A DNA stretch of 64,000 bases, from positions 64,001 through 128,000 of the forward strand of contig CAWDGJ010000003.1 of NCBI GenBank assembly GCA_963801815.1, written 5' to 3'. The notes below the pieces were generated by a model. That model was not told where the DNA came from. It saw only the letters and a list, made by a program, of their open reading frames with translations, and did no database searches. The DNA comes from an uncultured Verrucomicrobiae bacterium. GTDB taxonomy: Bacteria; Verrucomicrobiota; Verrucomicrobiia; Chthoniobacterales; UBA10450. A program made the position numbers and the translations under genes. This document shows, piece by piece, positions 8,597-19,300 of the stretch. Numbering within the stretch: the first letter of the stretch is position 1; each line of letters opens with the position of its first letter.

Positions 8597-9739
8597 ATGG
8601 CCGAGCAATGGATCATTCGAGTTCAGGGAAAGGATTACGGCCCGGCCGATCTCGAGACATTGCACGAATGGAAAGCTGACGGCCGGGTGCTGCCGGTAAA
8701 TCCCGCACGCCGAAGTGACGTCGAGGTTTGGCAAACTGCGGCGGAAATTCCCGGTTTGTTCCAGGTCGAACGGCCTCCCGTGCAGCGAGCCATAGCGGCG
8801 GCCGTGTCGCGTGCCGAAATCGGAGGTTCAAATGCGGCCGACACGGCCGCCGCTACAACATCAAAGCCGCCGACTCAAAACATTTTGACCGAAACATTTC
8901 GGATTTATTTCCGGGGCTTCTTCCAATTCTTCGGCCTGTCGCTTCTTAGCATTGTGCCAATCGTTTGCGCGGAACTGACAAGCCGTTTCATCGACACGGC
9001 ACCCGGGGTGGACGTCGATCTTCGGACTCTTGTCGCCGGCGCGTTTGGATTTTGTATGATCGTGCTGCGTCTCGTTCTGCTGCCGGTTTACATCGCTGGG
9101 ATTCAAATCCTCAGCGCCGAGCTCGCGACTGGAAATCGAATCAGTTTTCTCAGCGTCCTCAATAGCGCGGTTAAATATTGGCCGCGCGTCGCCGGCCTTT
9201 GCATTTTAGTTTATGTTATTTTCGGATTGTTAGTTTTGCTCGGTTTGGTGTTGCTTTTACCGGCGGCAACCTTGAATACCGTCTTGTCGGCCGTGATCGT
9301 GCTAGGCCTGCTCGTAATCCAAGTCTGGTTGTTCAGCCGTTTTTTTATCTACGTTCTTTTCTGGCAGCAGTTCGCTGTGCTCGAAAATTTGAACGCCGCC
9401 AATGCGCTGCGCGAAAGCAACAAGCTGGCCCGGAGTGGCCGCGATCTGCCTTGGTATCAACGTCCGATTTGGCGCGGGGCGCTCATTGTTTCAATCTGGT
9501 CCGCGTTTGTGCTGGCCATCACTATCACGCCGCAGTGGGCGATCCTGCGTGATTATTTCCAGGAAATTATGCGCACCCAGGACCCGCAGGCGCTTTACGA
9601 AAAGATGAGCGCCGCCATGCAAACCCACGGCCTTGATTATCAGGCTCTGCTGCTCAACGTCGTCCAACGAATTCTTCAACCACTTCTCGGCATCGCATTT
9701 GTCGTGCTCTATCTCGATTCCAAGCCCGGCGCCGAGTAG
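8597..9739 (+). CDS. GYF_2-like N-terminal domain plus multi-pass membrane protein
   Basis: WIIRVQGKDYGP..L..W...GRV...W..AAEIPGL, then about 6 TM helices and an A..ALRES..L motif. Confidence 0.75.
   Translation: MAEQWIIRVQGKDYGPADLETLHEWKADGRVLPVNPARRSDVEVWQTAAEIPGLFQVERPPVQRAIAAAVSRAEIGGSNAADTAAATTSKPPTQNILTETFRIYFRGFFQFFGLSLLSIVPIVCAELTSRFIDTAPGVDVDLRTLVAGAFGFCMIVLRLVLLPVYIAGIQILSAELATGNRISFLSVLNSAVKYWPRVAGLCILVYVIFGLLVLLGLVLLLPAATLNTVLSAVIVLGLLVIQVWLFSRFFIYVLFWQQFAVLENLNAANALRESNKLARSGRDLPWYQRPIWRGALIVSIWSAFVLAITITPQWAILRDYFQEIMRTQDPQALYEKMSAAMQTHGLDYQALLLNVVQRILQPLLGIAFVVLYLDSKPGAE
8793..8855. repeat. REP-like palindrome located in-frame inside a CDS
   Basis: Perfect 17-bp inverted repeat TAGCGGCGGCCGTGTCG (8793-8809) / CGACACGGCCGCCGCTA (8839-8855), ending in CTAC like the intergenic GTAG elements. 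Confidence 0.75.
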
Positions 9740-9825
9740 GTTTTCTACGAATCAAACTTGGCTAAGCGAACTTTCGCGCTAAAAATCAAGCGCTGGCGCT
9801 GCCTTAATCGAATCAGCATCGCGTT

Positions 9826-12048
9826 ATGACTGTAAAAACCTGGCTCGGTAAACCGCATCCGCTCGGTGCGACCTGGCTCGGCAACGGTGTGAACTTTGCA
9901 ATTTTCGCGGAGCACGCGACGAGCGTCGAACTTTGTTTGTTCGACAATCTCGACGCCCCCAAAGAGAAAGTCCGCATTCCGTTGCGCGAACGAACCGAAT
10001 ACGTCTGGCACGCCTTTCTGCCGGACGCGCGGCCCGGACAACTTTACGGTTACCGCGTTTACGGTCCCTACGATCCGGCGCACGGTTTGCGCTTCAACGA
10101 ATCCAAGCTGTTGCTCGATCCCTACGCGAAATCGATCGCCGGCCAGATCAAATGGTCTGACGAAATGTTCAGCTACGTTGTTGGCGATGCCAACGAGGAT
10201 CTCGCGCGCGATTCGCGGGACAATGCGTGGGCCATGCCGAAATCGGTCGTGGTCGATCCCGGATTTGATTGGGGGAACGACAAGAAACCGGAGACGCCGT
10301 TTTCGGAAACGGTGATTTACGAAATGCACGTCAAGGGATTCACAAAATTGCGCGCGGATATTCCCGAAAATTTGCGCGGAACGTACGCCGGACTCGCGAG
10401 CCGTGAAGCCATTGAGTATCTGAAAAATCTCGGCGTCACCGCGGTTGAACTCTTGCCGATTCACACTCATCTGGACGACAAGGCGCTGCTCGATCGCGGG
10501 CTGACCAATTACTGGGGCTACAACTCAATTGGATTCTTCGCGCCACAAGCCGAATACTCGAGCAATCGCGAGCCTGGCAGGGAAGTGATCGAATTCAAAG
10601 GGATGGTGCGGAATCTTCACGCCGCTGGCATCGAAGTGATTCTCGATGTCGTTTATAATCACACCGGCGAAGGAAATCATCTCGGTCCGACGGTTTGTTT
10701 TCGCGGCATCGATAATCCGATTTACTACCGGCTGCTCGCTGACAATCCGCGCTTCTATTTAGATTACACCGGAACTGGGAACACGGTTGACACGCTTTGG
10801 CCGCCGACGTTGCAGCTGGTCATGGACAGTTTGCGCTATTGGGTCACCGAAATGCATGTGGACGGTTTTCGGTTCGACCTGGCGACGGCGCTCGCTCGTG
10901 ACGGCACCGGTTTCAACAAGTTCCAGGCATTCTTCAAAGTGGTTCAACAGGACCCTGTCCTGTCGCAAGTGAAATTAATCGCCGAACCATGGGATGTGGG
11001 CGAGGGCGGTTACCAAGTCGGAAACTTTCCGCTGCCGTGGTCGGAATGGAACGGAAAATTTCGCGACGCATTCCGCAGTTTTTGGAAAGGGGACGAAGGT
11101 AAGATCGGCGAGGTGGCGTATCGATTGAGCGGCAGCCCCGACCTGTATCAGGACGACGGCCGCTTGCCGAGCGCGAGCGTGAATATCATCACCACGCACG
11201 ACGGTTTCACGCTCAACGATCTCGCCAGTTACAACGACAAGCACAACGAAGCTAACGGCGAGGAAAACAAGGACGGCGACAACAACAATCAATCGTGGAA
11301 CTCCGGGGCCGAAGGTCCGACAGACGATCCCAAGATCAACGCGCTTCGGCGGAGACAATGCCGGAATTTTTTGACCACGCTTTTTCTATCACAAGGGGTA
11401 CCGATGCTTTTGGGCGGCGACGAATTCGGCCGGACCCAAAACGGAAACAACAACGCCTATTGCCAGGACAATGAGATCAGCTGGTTCAACTGGCATCACG
11501 ATAGAGACCAGAAACGTTTGTTTGAGTTCACACGCAGACTGATTCAGCTGCGGCGGCAACATCCCGTCTTTCGACGACGAAAATTCTTGCAGGGCAAACC
11601 TCTTCCGGGCGGCGAGATCCGCGACGTGATGTGGCTCAATCCGGGCGGCACTGAGATGACGTTAGAAGAGTGGCAATCGCCCTTTGTTCGTTGTCTCGGA
11701 ATGCTCCTGAGCGGGGACGCGGATGACTTGAGCGACGAGCGAGGCGAGCCGGTGCGCGACGACACTTTTTTTCTTCTGGTCAACGCGCATTACGAGTCGA
11801 TTCCATTTCTTCTTCCTGGCGAAGAGAATCTCGAATGGGCGCAGATTCTCGACACCACGGACGAAGACGGTTTTCTCAAGACGCTGAGAAAATTTCCTTC
11901 CGGTGATGATGTCGATCTTGGCGCGCGGTCGGCGTCTTTGTTCATCCTGACTCAGGGCGAACAATCGCGCGCACGGACAGAATCGTGGAGGAAACGCTTG
12001 TTCAAGTTTGCCGAGATCAGCGCGGAAGAGGAGCGCACACATTCCTGA
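9826..12048 (+). CDS. glgX: Glycogen debranching enzyme (GH13)
   Basis: PLGAT, LLLDPYA, IYEMHVKG, NYWGYN, DVVYNH, DGFRFDLA, IAEPWD, HDGFTL, GNNNAYCQDNE. Confidence 0.97.
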   Translation: MTVKTWLGKPHPLGATWLGNGVNFAIFAEHATSVELCLFDNLDAPKEKVRIPLRERTEYVWHAFLPDARPGQLYGYRVYGPYDPAHGLRFNESKLLLDPYAKSIAGQIKWSDEMFSYVVGDANEDLARDSRDNAWAMPKSVVVDPGFDWGNDKKPETPFSETVIYEMHVKGFTKLRADIPENLRGTYAGLASREAIEYLKNLGVTAVELLPIHTHLDDKALLDRGLTNYWGYNSIGFFAPQAEYSSNREPGREVIEFKGMVRNLHAAGIEVILDVVYNHTGEGNHLGPTVCFRGIDNPIYYRLLADNPRFYLDYTGTGNTVDTLWPPTLQLVMDSLRYWVTEMHVDGFRFDLATALARDGTGFNKFQAFFKVVQQDPVLSQVKLIAEPWDVGEGGYQVGNFPLPWSEWNGKFRDAFRSFWKGDEGKIGEVAYRLSGSPDLYQDDGRLPSASVNIITTHDGFTLNDLASYNDKHNEANGEENKDGDNNNQSWNSGAEGPTDDPKINALRRRQCRNFLTTLFLSQGVPMLLGGDEFGRTQNGNNNAYCQDNEISWFNWHHDRDQKRLFEFTRRLIQLRRQHPVFRRRKFLQGKPLPGGEIRDVMWLNPGGTEMTLEEWQSPFVRCLGMLLSGDADDLSDERGEPVRDDTFFLLVNAHYESIPFLLPGEENLEWAQILDTTDEDGFLKTLRKFPSGDDVDLGARSASLFILTQGEQSRARTESWRKRLFKFAEISAEEERTHS

Positions 12049-12141
12049 GAATTCTTGGGACGCGATCTTGTGTTCGAAGGCGATTCTATTATAGAGAAGT
12101 TGAATGAGCGCTCGTCCAACGCGCTACCCCCGTAGCAAGTT

Positions 12142-12606
12142 ATGATTCCGGCTTCAATCGTCATCACAGCAGACCGCGGCAGCCTGAAAGCTTACCAGGT
12201 CAACGAAACTCCGACCCGCGGTCCGAGTTTGAAATTAATCCAGGCTTTCGACATGACCGACGCGCACGGCCGGCTCATCGACAAGGTCACGGATTTCGCG
12301 GGCCGTTTCCCGGTCACCGAAATGGCCGGCCCGCATCACGGAGCGGCATCGATCGCCCAGAGCAAGCTGCAGACGGAGACGGAGCGGCGTATTAATAAGG
12401 AATTGGCCGACCAGATCACGAAAATCATCAACGGCAATGGGAGGGAAGGTTGGGCGTTTGCCGCCGCACCGGAAATTCATTCTGCGATTGTCAGTCTTTT
12501 GCCCGATGGCGTGCGTAACCGGATTGTCGAACATGTGAAATCGGATCTGGTGAAAGTCGAAACAGCGAAGTTGCTGAATCATTTTCGTTCCCTTCGTCCG
12601 ATTTAA
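12142..12606 (+). CDS. Host-attachment protein family (baeRF12-like, aeRF1-related fold)
   Basis: VITADRG..KAY, D.AGRF, ELA..I, AAAPE, V..DLVK pattern; 154 aa. Family assigned by motif recall. Confidence 0.65.
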   Translation: MIPASIVITADRGSLKAYQVNETPTRGPSLKLIQAFDMTDAHGRLIDKVTDFAGRFPVTEMAGPHHGAASIAQSKLQTETERRINKELADQITKIINGNGREGWAFAAAPEIHSAIVSLLPDGVRNRIVEHVKSDLVKVETAKLLNHFRSLRPI

Positions 12607-12703
12607 GCTGACATTCCGAATGAAATGAGGAATCTCTGCTTGGAATGACGCGTTTGTTTTTCGTTCGCGCAAAATGAACAAGGAGATTTAACTTGGTATC
12701 AAT

Positions 12704-13036
12704 ATGCAACTGCCCGTCAACATTACCTACCGCGGCCTCGAAAAATCGGAAACGCTCGACGATCTCGTGATGAGTTACGCGGCGCGGCTCGACAAATTTT
12801 GTGATCACATCAACCGGTGCGACGTCGCCATCGAGCAGAAGAACCACACCCATCACAAGGGGAATCCCTATCGTTGTCGCATCGACGTGACGGTACGGCC
12901 GCGGCACGAGCTGGTGGCTGACGAAGAGCAAAAAGACAACGGCTCACACGAACCGCTCCACAAAGTCATTCACGACGCGTTCAAAACGATGGAGCGGCAG
13001 TTGCGCCATCTCGTCGAGAAACAGCGGCGCGAGTAG
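12704..13036 (+). CDS. hpf: HPF/RaiA family ribosome-associated protein
   Basis: MQLPVNITYRGLEKSE..., CDVAIE, HHKGNPY.CRIDVTV, IHDAF..MERQL. AAGGAG lies upstream. Confidence 0.88.
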   Translation: MQLPVNITYRGLEKSETLDDLVMSYAARLDKFCDHINRCDVAIEQKNHTHHKGNPYRCRIDVTVRPRHELVADEEQKDNGSHEPLHKVIHDAFKTMERQLRHLVEKQRRE

Positions 13037-13079
13037 AATCACGCAGCTGTTGACCTGGATTATTCTCTCGAGTTTCGCG

Positions 13080-13802
13080 CTACGGCGCGAGGCGATCACA
13101 CAAAGTGTCGGTGTGGAACGACATCAGGTCGCGCAGTTTGAACCAGCCGCCTTGTTGGTTCTTTCCCATTTGCGCGATGCTTGCGGTATTGTCTTTGCCG
13201 TAATCAGCCCAGGAATTCCACCGCTGCACAGTGAGAAAGGTCCAGGCTGCGCCTTCCAGGTGCTGCAAAGTAACGCGCCCCACGTAAGAGTCGGTCGTGC
13301 GATCGGGTGGTTCGTTCAGGAATTTGTCGAGCGCTTCGCGCTGACCGGCAGCCGGTCGATAGATCGATACCACAAAAGCGGAGGCCTTACTTTTTGCCGC
13401 ATCATCGAGCCCAAGCTGTTTGGCAAATTCCGTCCATGAGGGTCCGGAAGAAAAGGTGTCAGTGTGAGCTGCATACAGGCCCATCAGGCTGCTGGGCGGC
13501 GCAGGACGATTCGCTTCGATCGTCGCCTTCGTTCCGAGGTGCGTGATCACACAATAATCCCAGGAATCGCCGTCCTCGTGACGGAGAACAATAACGTGGT
13601 CCGGCATCGGCGTGTTCGGTGCCGGTTTCTTCAACTCGTCGCCAAGTTCCTTGGCTTTACCGGTCGCGGCATTGGCGAAGTGAACATGATAAAGGTCCGT
13701 CCTACTCGACGCACCGCCCGAACCGGCCGCGGGAGAAGAGGTTTGAGCAAGCGCAAACGGCGCCAGGCCTAGTGCGATCAAGATTTGAATTGTGAATTTC
13801 AT
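13080..13802 (-). CDS. Secreted hypothetical protein with two alpha/beta repeats
   Basis: Signal peptide ending ALA-Q. Internal repeat VLRHEDGDSWDY...AAHTDT versus TLQHLEGAAWTF...SFHTDT. Confidence 0.75.
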   Translation of the reverse strand: MKFTIQILIALGLAPFALAQTSSPAAGSGGASSRTDLYHVHFANAATGKAKELGDELKKPAPNTPMPDHVIVLRHEDGDSWDYCVITHLGTKATIEANRPAPPSSLMGLYAAHTDTFSSGPSWTEFAKQLGLDDAAKSKASAFVVSIYRPAAGQREALDKFLNEPPDRTTDSYVGRVTLQHLEGAAWTFLTVQRWNSWADYGKDNTASIAQMGKNQQGGWFKLRDLMSFHTDTLCDRLAP

Positions 13803-14119
13803 AGTGGCTTTCTTTAGAGACGCGTAGGCTGAGGCTCTGCGCCGCGACTGGCAATGAAAAACTGTCGCGGTGCGTCGGTTAGGCTTCGGTGCGTATTCTT
13901 CCGCGTAGGCGATTGGCCTTGAATGCGCGCTTCGGTTTTTCTTAGGGAAGGGGCAATCGCCCGTACCTGTCTTTTCGTCGCTTAATTTTCGTCGCCGAGA
14001 AAATGGAGCGAAACCTTAGTAATCCGAAACGGTAAGAGATTTCTCGACTCGCGCAGAATGACAAATAAGTGCAGCCGAGCGTTCGCGCTGCAATTCGCTC
14101 GACTAACAACCATCAACTC

Positions 14120-16159
14120 CTACGCTGGAGCGCCGGGGGCGTCCGGAAGAGGCGGGACCTCGGGACTGATCACGACCTGGCGTGGCGGTTTTTCTGGAGC
14201 CATCTTTTCGCCGGTGGCGGGTGGCGTTGCTTTCGGCGGATTCAGCATGTGGCCATGATGAACGATGTCTTCAATCTGCGAACCGTCCAGGGTCTCATAC
14301 TCAAGCAGAGCTTTTGCGATCGCTTCGACTGCATCGCGATGGACGCTAATCAAATCTCGGGCTCTCACATAGGCCTCGTCCGAAAGTCTTCGAACTTCAC
14401 GATCGATCTCCTCCGCGGTCGCTTCACTATAATCGCGGGAACGTGAGATCTCGCGGCCGAGGAAAACATAATCTTCGTGCTCGCCGTACTCGACCAAGCC
14501 AAGCCGGTCGCTCATTCCCCATTGGCAAACCATTTTGCGCGCATACCAGGTAACGCCACGGATATCGCCAGACGCGCCGCTGGAAATGTCACCGAGAAAA
14601 AGTTCCTCTGCCACTCGTCCGCCCATGCTGACGCAAAGGTTGTCGAGCAGCTCTTTGCGTTTGGTATTAAATTTATCTTCCGTCGGCAGCATCATGGTTA
14701 TGCCAAGAGCCGGGCCTCGCGGAATAATTGTTACCTTGTGCAAGGGATCGGTGTGCTCGAGCAGGACATTGAGGATGGCATGACCGGCTTCATGGTAGGC
14801 CGTGATTCGCTTTTCTTTCTCGCTGATTGCCAGGCTGCGGCGCTCGCGTCCCCAGCGCACCTTGTCGCGCGCTTCTTCCAATTCAGCGAGGGTTATTCCT
14901 TTTAATCCACGACGCGCGGCGAGCAGCGCCGCTTCGTTAACAACATTCGCGAGCTCGGCACCGGAATAACCAGGCGTTCCCCGCGCGATGACGGCAAGAT
15001 CGACCCCTTCCGCGAGTTTCACTTTCTTGGCATGGACGCGCAAAATTTCTTCGCGACCTTTCACATCGGGCAGGTTGACCGTGATCTGGCGATCGAAACG
15101 GCCCGGTCGGAGTAACGCCGGATCGAGAACGTCCGGCCGGTTTGTCGCGGCTATAATGATGACGCCTTCCTGGGTATCGAAGCCGTCCATCTCAACGAGC
15201 AACGCATTCAACGTCTGCTCGCGCTCATCGTGGCCGCCGCCGACACCGTGACCACGATGACGGCCGACCGCGTCGATTTCGTCGATGAAAATGATGCAGG
15301 GCGCAGATTTTTTGCCTTGCTCGAACATGTCGCGAACCCGGCTGGCGCCAACGCCCACAAACATCTCGACGAAATCGGAACCGCTAATTGAGAAAAACGG
15401 GACGTCCGCTTCGCCGGCGATCGCGCGTGCGAGCAAAGTTTTGCCGGTACCCGGAGGTCCGACCATCAGCACGCCTTTCGGGATTCGTCCGCCAAGTTTT
15501 TGAAATTTCTTCGGGTCGCGCAAAAATTCGACGAGCTCCTGCACTTCGTCTTTAGCTTCCTCGACACCGGCGACGTCCTTGAACGTGATTTTGTTTTTGT
15601 CACGGGCGAGCATGCGCGCCTTCGATTTGCCAAAGTTGAGCGCGCCTTTGCCGGCCATGCGAATTTGCTGGCGGAACAGGAAATAAAGCAGCAGCAGCAA
15701 CAAAAGAACCGGCGCGAAGCTCGCGAAGACCTGGGTCCATGGATGCGATTCGGAACGGATGGCCGGTTGAATTCCTGCGGCGGAAAGCTTGTCCTGCAAA
15801 TTGTTGGTGAAATTCAAATAGACTGTGGTGCGGAACCAGACTTCCTGATTTTGCGCGCCACCGCTGCCTTGTTTGATGTACTTGCCGCGGAGTTGCTGGG
15901 TCGGCTGTCCCTCTTCAACGTACAAGGTGAGCGGCGCGTTCTTGTCGCTCACGATTTGCTTGTTTTCGAGCAGCTCGAGGAAGCGGTTGTAGGGAACATC
16001 CTCGAATTGCTGGTAACCGCCGCGATAGAACAACATCGCGAGTGCGAAAAATCCAAAGGCGACGGCGACGAGGATCACGCCGCGCCAGTTGAAACTGGGC
16101 TCGTTGCCGTTGCCGCGCTGTTTGTTGTCGCGTTGGGAATTACGATCGGTTTGTGGCAT
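14120..16159 (-). CDS. ftsH: ATP-dependent zinc metalloprotease FtsH
   Basis: Two TM segments, [39 protein letters not shown]. Confidence 0.98.
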   Translation of the reverse strand: MPQTDRNSQRDNKQRGNGNEPSFNWRGVILVAVAFGFFALAMLFYRGGYQQFEDVPYNRFLELLENKQIVSDKNAPLTLYVEEGQPTQQLRGKYIKQGSGGAQNQEVWFRTTVYLNFTNNLQDKLSAAGIQPAIRSESHPWTQVFASFAPVLLLLLLLYFLFRQQIRMAGKGALNFGKSKARMLARDKNKITFKDVAGVEEAKDEVQELVEFLRDPKKFQKLGGRIPKGVLMVGPPGTGKTLLARAIAGEADVPFFSISGSDFVEMFVGVGASRVRDMFEQGKKSAPCIIFIDEIDAVGRHRGHGVGGGHDEREQTLNALLVEMDGFDTQEGVIIIAATNRPDVLDPALLRPGRFDRQITVNLPDVKGREEILRVHAKKVKLAEGVDLAVIARGTPGYSGAELANVVNEAALLAARRGLKGITLAELEEARDKVRWGRERRSLAISEKEKRITAYHEAGHAILNVLLEHTDPLHKVTIIPRGPALGITMMLPTEDKFNTKRKELLDNLCVSMGGRVAEELFLGDISSGASGDIRGVTWYARKMVCQWGMSDRLGLVEYGEHEDYVFLGREISRSRDYSEATAEEIDREVRRLSDEAYVRARDLISVHRDAVEAIAKALLEYETLDGSQIEDIVHHGHMLNPPKATPPATGEKMAPEKPPRQVVISPEVPPLPDAPGAPA

Positions 16160-16385
16160 AAGGGGTGCGAATGCTAGCTGAGAAGAACGCTATCATGAAC
16201 GGATATCATTGCAAAAAGCTCCGAGCTCGCCACGGGACGAGTCCGTCCGATTGGCGGACCGGACTGGCAGTATAAAGGAAAATGACGAGTGCCATGTAAC
16301 GGGTGACGAGATAAGCAAGGATCAGGCGAGGGAGCAAATTGCTTAACGACGCGATTCCTGTAAAATTTCGGGTTCGAATCGACAA

Positions 16386-19300
16386 ATGACTCCATTGGTT
16401 TCAACGGTCGCGGAAAAGCTCGACCGCGCAGTCCAAAAGGTGACGCCACTCGCGTATCGCGTGCGTCGCCAGGGACGGCGTCTAGTCCGGCGCGCCTTGC
16501 GCAAGCCGCGCAGCGTTGCGGAAGGCCCGAACTTGTTGCCGCTGCTTATCCAAGTGCTGGCGAGTTTTTCCAAGGCGGACGGCGTTCTGCTTGAAGAGGA
16601 AATCGACTCGAGCCTTGGGTTTCTCCGCTACGATTATCCTGAAACGGTTTACTCCGAGCTGCGTCAACTTTTCCGTCAGGCGCTTTACGAGCAGCAGGAT
16701 CTGGCGGCGATGGCGCAAAAACTGAGCACGCAGCTCAGCACCGAGCGGAAAATCATGCTCGGCGTCCAACTTTACGATTTGATTTCGCAGGCCGGACTGA
16801 AACAGGAACAAGTCGTCGCGTTTTATTCGTTCATGTCGCTGCTTGGGATGGCGGCGCAGGCAATTGACATTGTTTATCAACTCAACGCATCCGAAGACGC
16901 CGACCCCTCGATTTATCAGCGCGGCGCGTCGCCGTTGGAATCACTTTCGTTCGCCAACAACGGCAAAGCCGACGTGAAAATGAAAAGTCTGACCGATGCC
17001 GATCGGCTGATGGCGTTTCGTTATCACGAGCTGATTCTGCTGAAGAACTACAGCGGCCAGAATGTTTCCGTGCGCGGGCGGCCGCTATTGCGCGGCGGGT
17101 TCTGTCGAATTTATCCGGGCCAGCGAATTCTGGTCGGCGACACGGTGCTGACCTACCAGGAGCTGGCGCAATATTTCAACGCAAAGAAGAACGTTTCCGT
17201 CCCACAGATTTACGTGCGGGTAAACAAAGACGCCGACGAGGTGGCGCTGGAACGCGCGCGGACGCGCGAAAGCGCCCTCGAAATTGCATTCGGATTAAAA
17301 GTTCGAATCAAGGCGTTGCGCGATGTGGATGCGGTGCTCAACGGCGTGAAACTCAAAGCCGGCGCGCAGGTGGAAGCGTCGCTCGAGGACAGAATCACCT
17401 TCCACAACAACAGCGAGATGGATTTGAGCGACCTCCGCCGTCGCGCTCGCGCACTCGGCGGCCGGTTTCAACTTAAAGCCTCCAAATCGGAATACCTGGT
17501 CTCGAACGATCCGAGCAAACTTCAGGCAGACGACATCTTGCTTTCGCCGGGAACGGCAGGCGACGTGTTGCTGAAAATTTTCTGCGATTACGATAAGCGC
17601 GTCGGGCAATTGGAAGTGATCGAAGCCGACCGGCCGATCATGGTGGGTGAGGCTTCGGTAAGAACGACCTATCCGCTGAAGGATGGCGACACCATCAGAA
17701 TCGACATCGGACAATTCCTGCGTTGCAACTTTTCCGAACGCATCATCGAAGAAGAGCGGAACATCATTCGCACGTACGAGCTGAGCGAAGTGACGCACCG
17801 ATTTGGTAGCGGCGACATCGCGCTCGACGGAATCTCGTTCGGCCTGACCCGTGGCGAGCTGGTGTGCGTGATGGGCGCGAGCGGTTGCGGCAAGAGCACG
17901 CTGTTGCGCGTACTGGCGGGACAGCTTCAACCGAGTAGCGGCAATGTTTATCTGAACGGTCGCTCGCTTTATCCGAACCTCGACGAGCTCAAGAAATACG
18001 TCAGCTACATCCCGCAGGAAGATGCTTTTGATGAGCACCTGACGATTGGTGAGAACCTGCAATTCGCGGCGGCGATTCGTTCGCCCCACTTGTCGCGCCG
18101 GGATCGCGTTCGACGGTTGGAAGCGAAGCTGGTCGAGCTCGGATTAGGCGAACGCCGCGATGCCGTAGTAGGCGCCGCGTCGAAGAAGACGTTGAGCGGC
18201 GGGGAACGAAAGCGACTCAACATTGGTCTCGATATGATCGGTATGTCGGACGTTTATCTGTTCGACGAACCGACATCGGGTTTGTCGTCGAAAGATTCCG
18301 AGCACGTCATCGAGATCATTCGATCGATGGCGCACAACAAGATCATCATCGTCACGATCCACCAGCCGAGCTCGAAGTTGTTCCAGATGTTTCACAAGGC
18401 GGTGTTGCTGGACAAGGGTGGACGCCTTGTCTTTTTCGGAACACCGACCGAGATGCTTCGTTATTTCGCTGAAGCCGAGCATCAACATCAATTCGGCGCG
18501 GAAATGGGCGCATGCCCGGCGTGCGGCACGACGCGGCCGGAATTCATTTTCGACGTGCTCGAAACTCCACTGCGCGACTTGAGCGGTGACATTATCTACG
18601 AGGAGAACAGCCGCGGGCAGCTGGTGGCGGCGCGACGTTATTCGCCCGAATTCTGGCGCGACAAATACGAAGCTTTTCGACTGATCCAGGACGTGAAGCA
18701 GGTCTCGCTGCGACGCGAGCACGCGCCACCGGTACCGGCGACAGCCGCCCAAAAGCGAAAACGGACACCGATCCGCTGGCACGATGAGTGGACACAATTC
18801 CGCGCCCTGTTGAGGCGTTCATTTATTAGCAAACTACGCAACCGCGCGAATATTTGGATTACGACGTGTGCGGCGCCGGTCCTTGCCTTGTTGATTGGCA
18901 CGTTGTTGCGCTATTCCGAAAGCGGGAAATACGATTTCGCATCCGCGTTTCACATTCCGACGTACTTGTTCCTCGGATTGCTGGTCGCGATGTTTCTTTC
19001 GCTGACCAACAGCGCGGACGACATCATCCGCGACCGACCGGTGTTGCAGCGCGAGCGCAACCTCGATGTGCGATTGCCGTATTACATCTTCGCCAAGATG
19101 TCGTCGCTGTCGGTGTTCGCGCTGGTCCAGTGCGTCCTCTTCGTGCTGCTTGGCAATTACGTTCTCGAAATCCGCGGCATGTTCTGGCTCCACCTGGGCT
19201 TAATGTTCATGACGTCGGTAGGCAGCCTCGCGCTCGGTCTGCTGGTGTCGTCGATTGTCTCCGACGCCAAAACGGCGGCCAACATCGTGCCGCTGGTGCT

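Noticed and set aside
12612..14062. Fragments CATTCC..GAGGAATCTC..GGAATGAC (12612-12649) and GAGATTTCTCGACT..GAATGAC (14036-14062) as another repeat family
   Set aside because: Plausible remnants, but too short and degenerate to support from this window alone.
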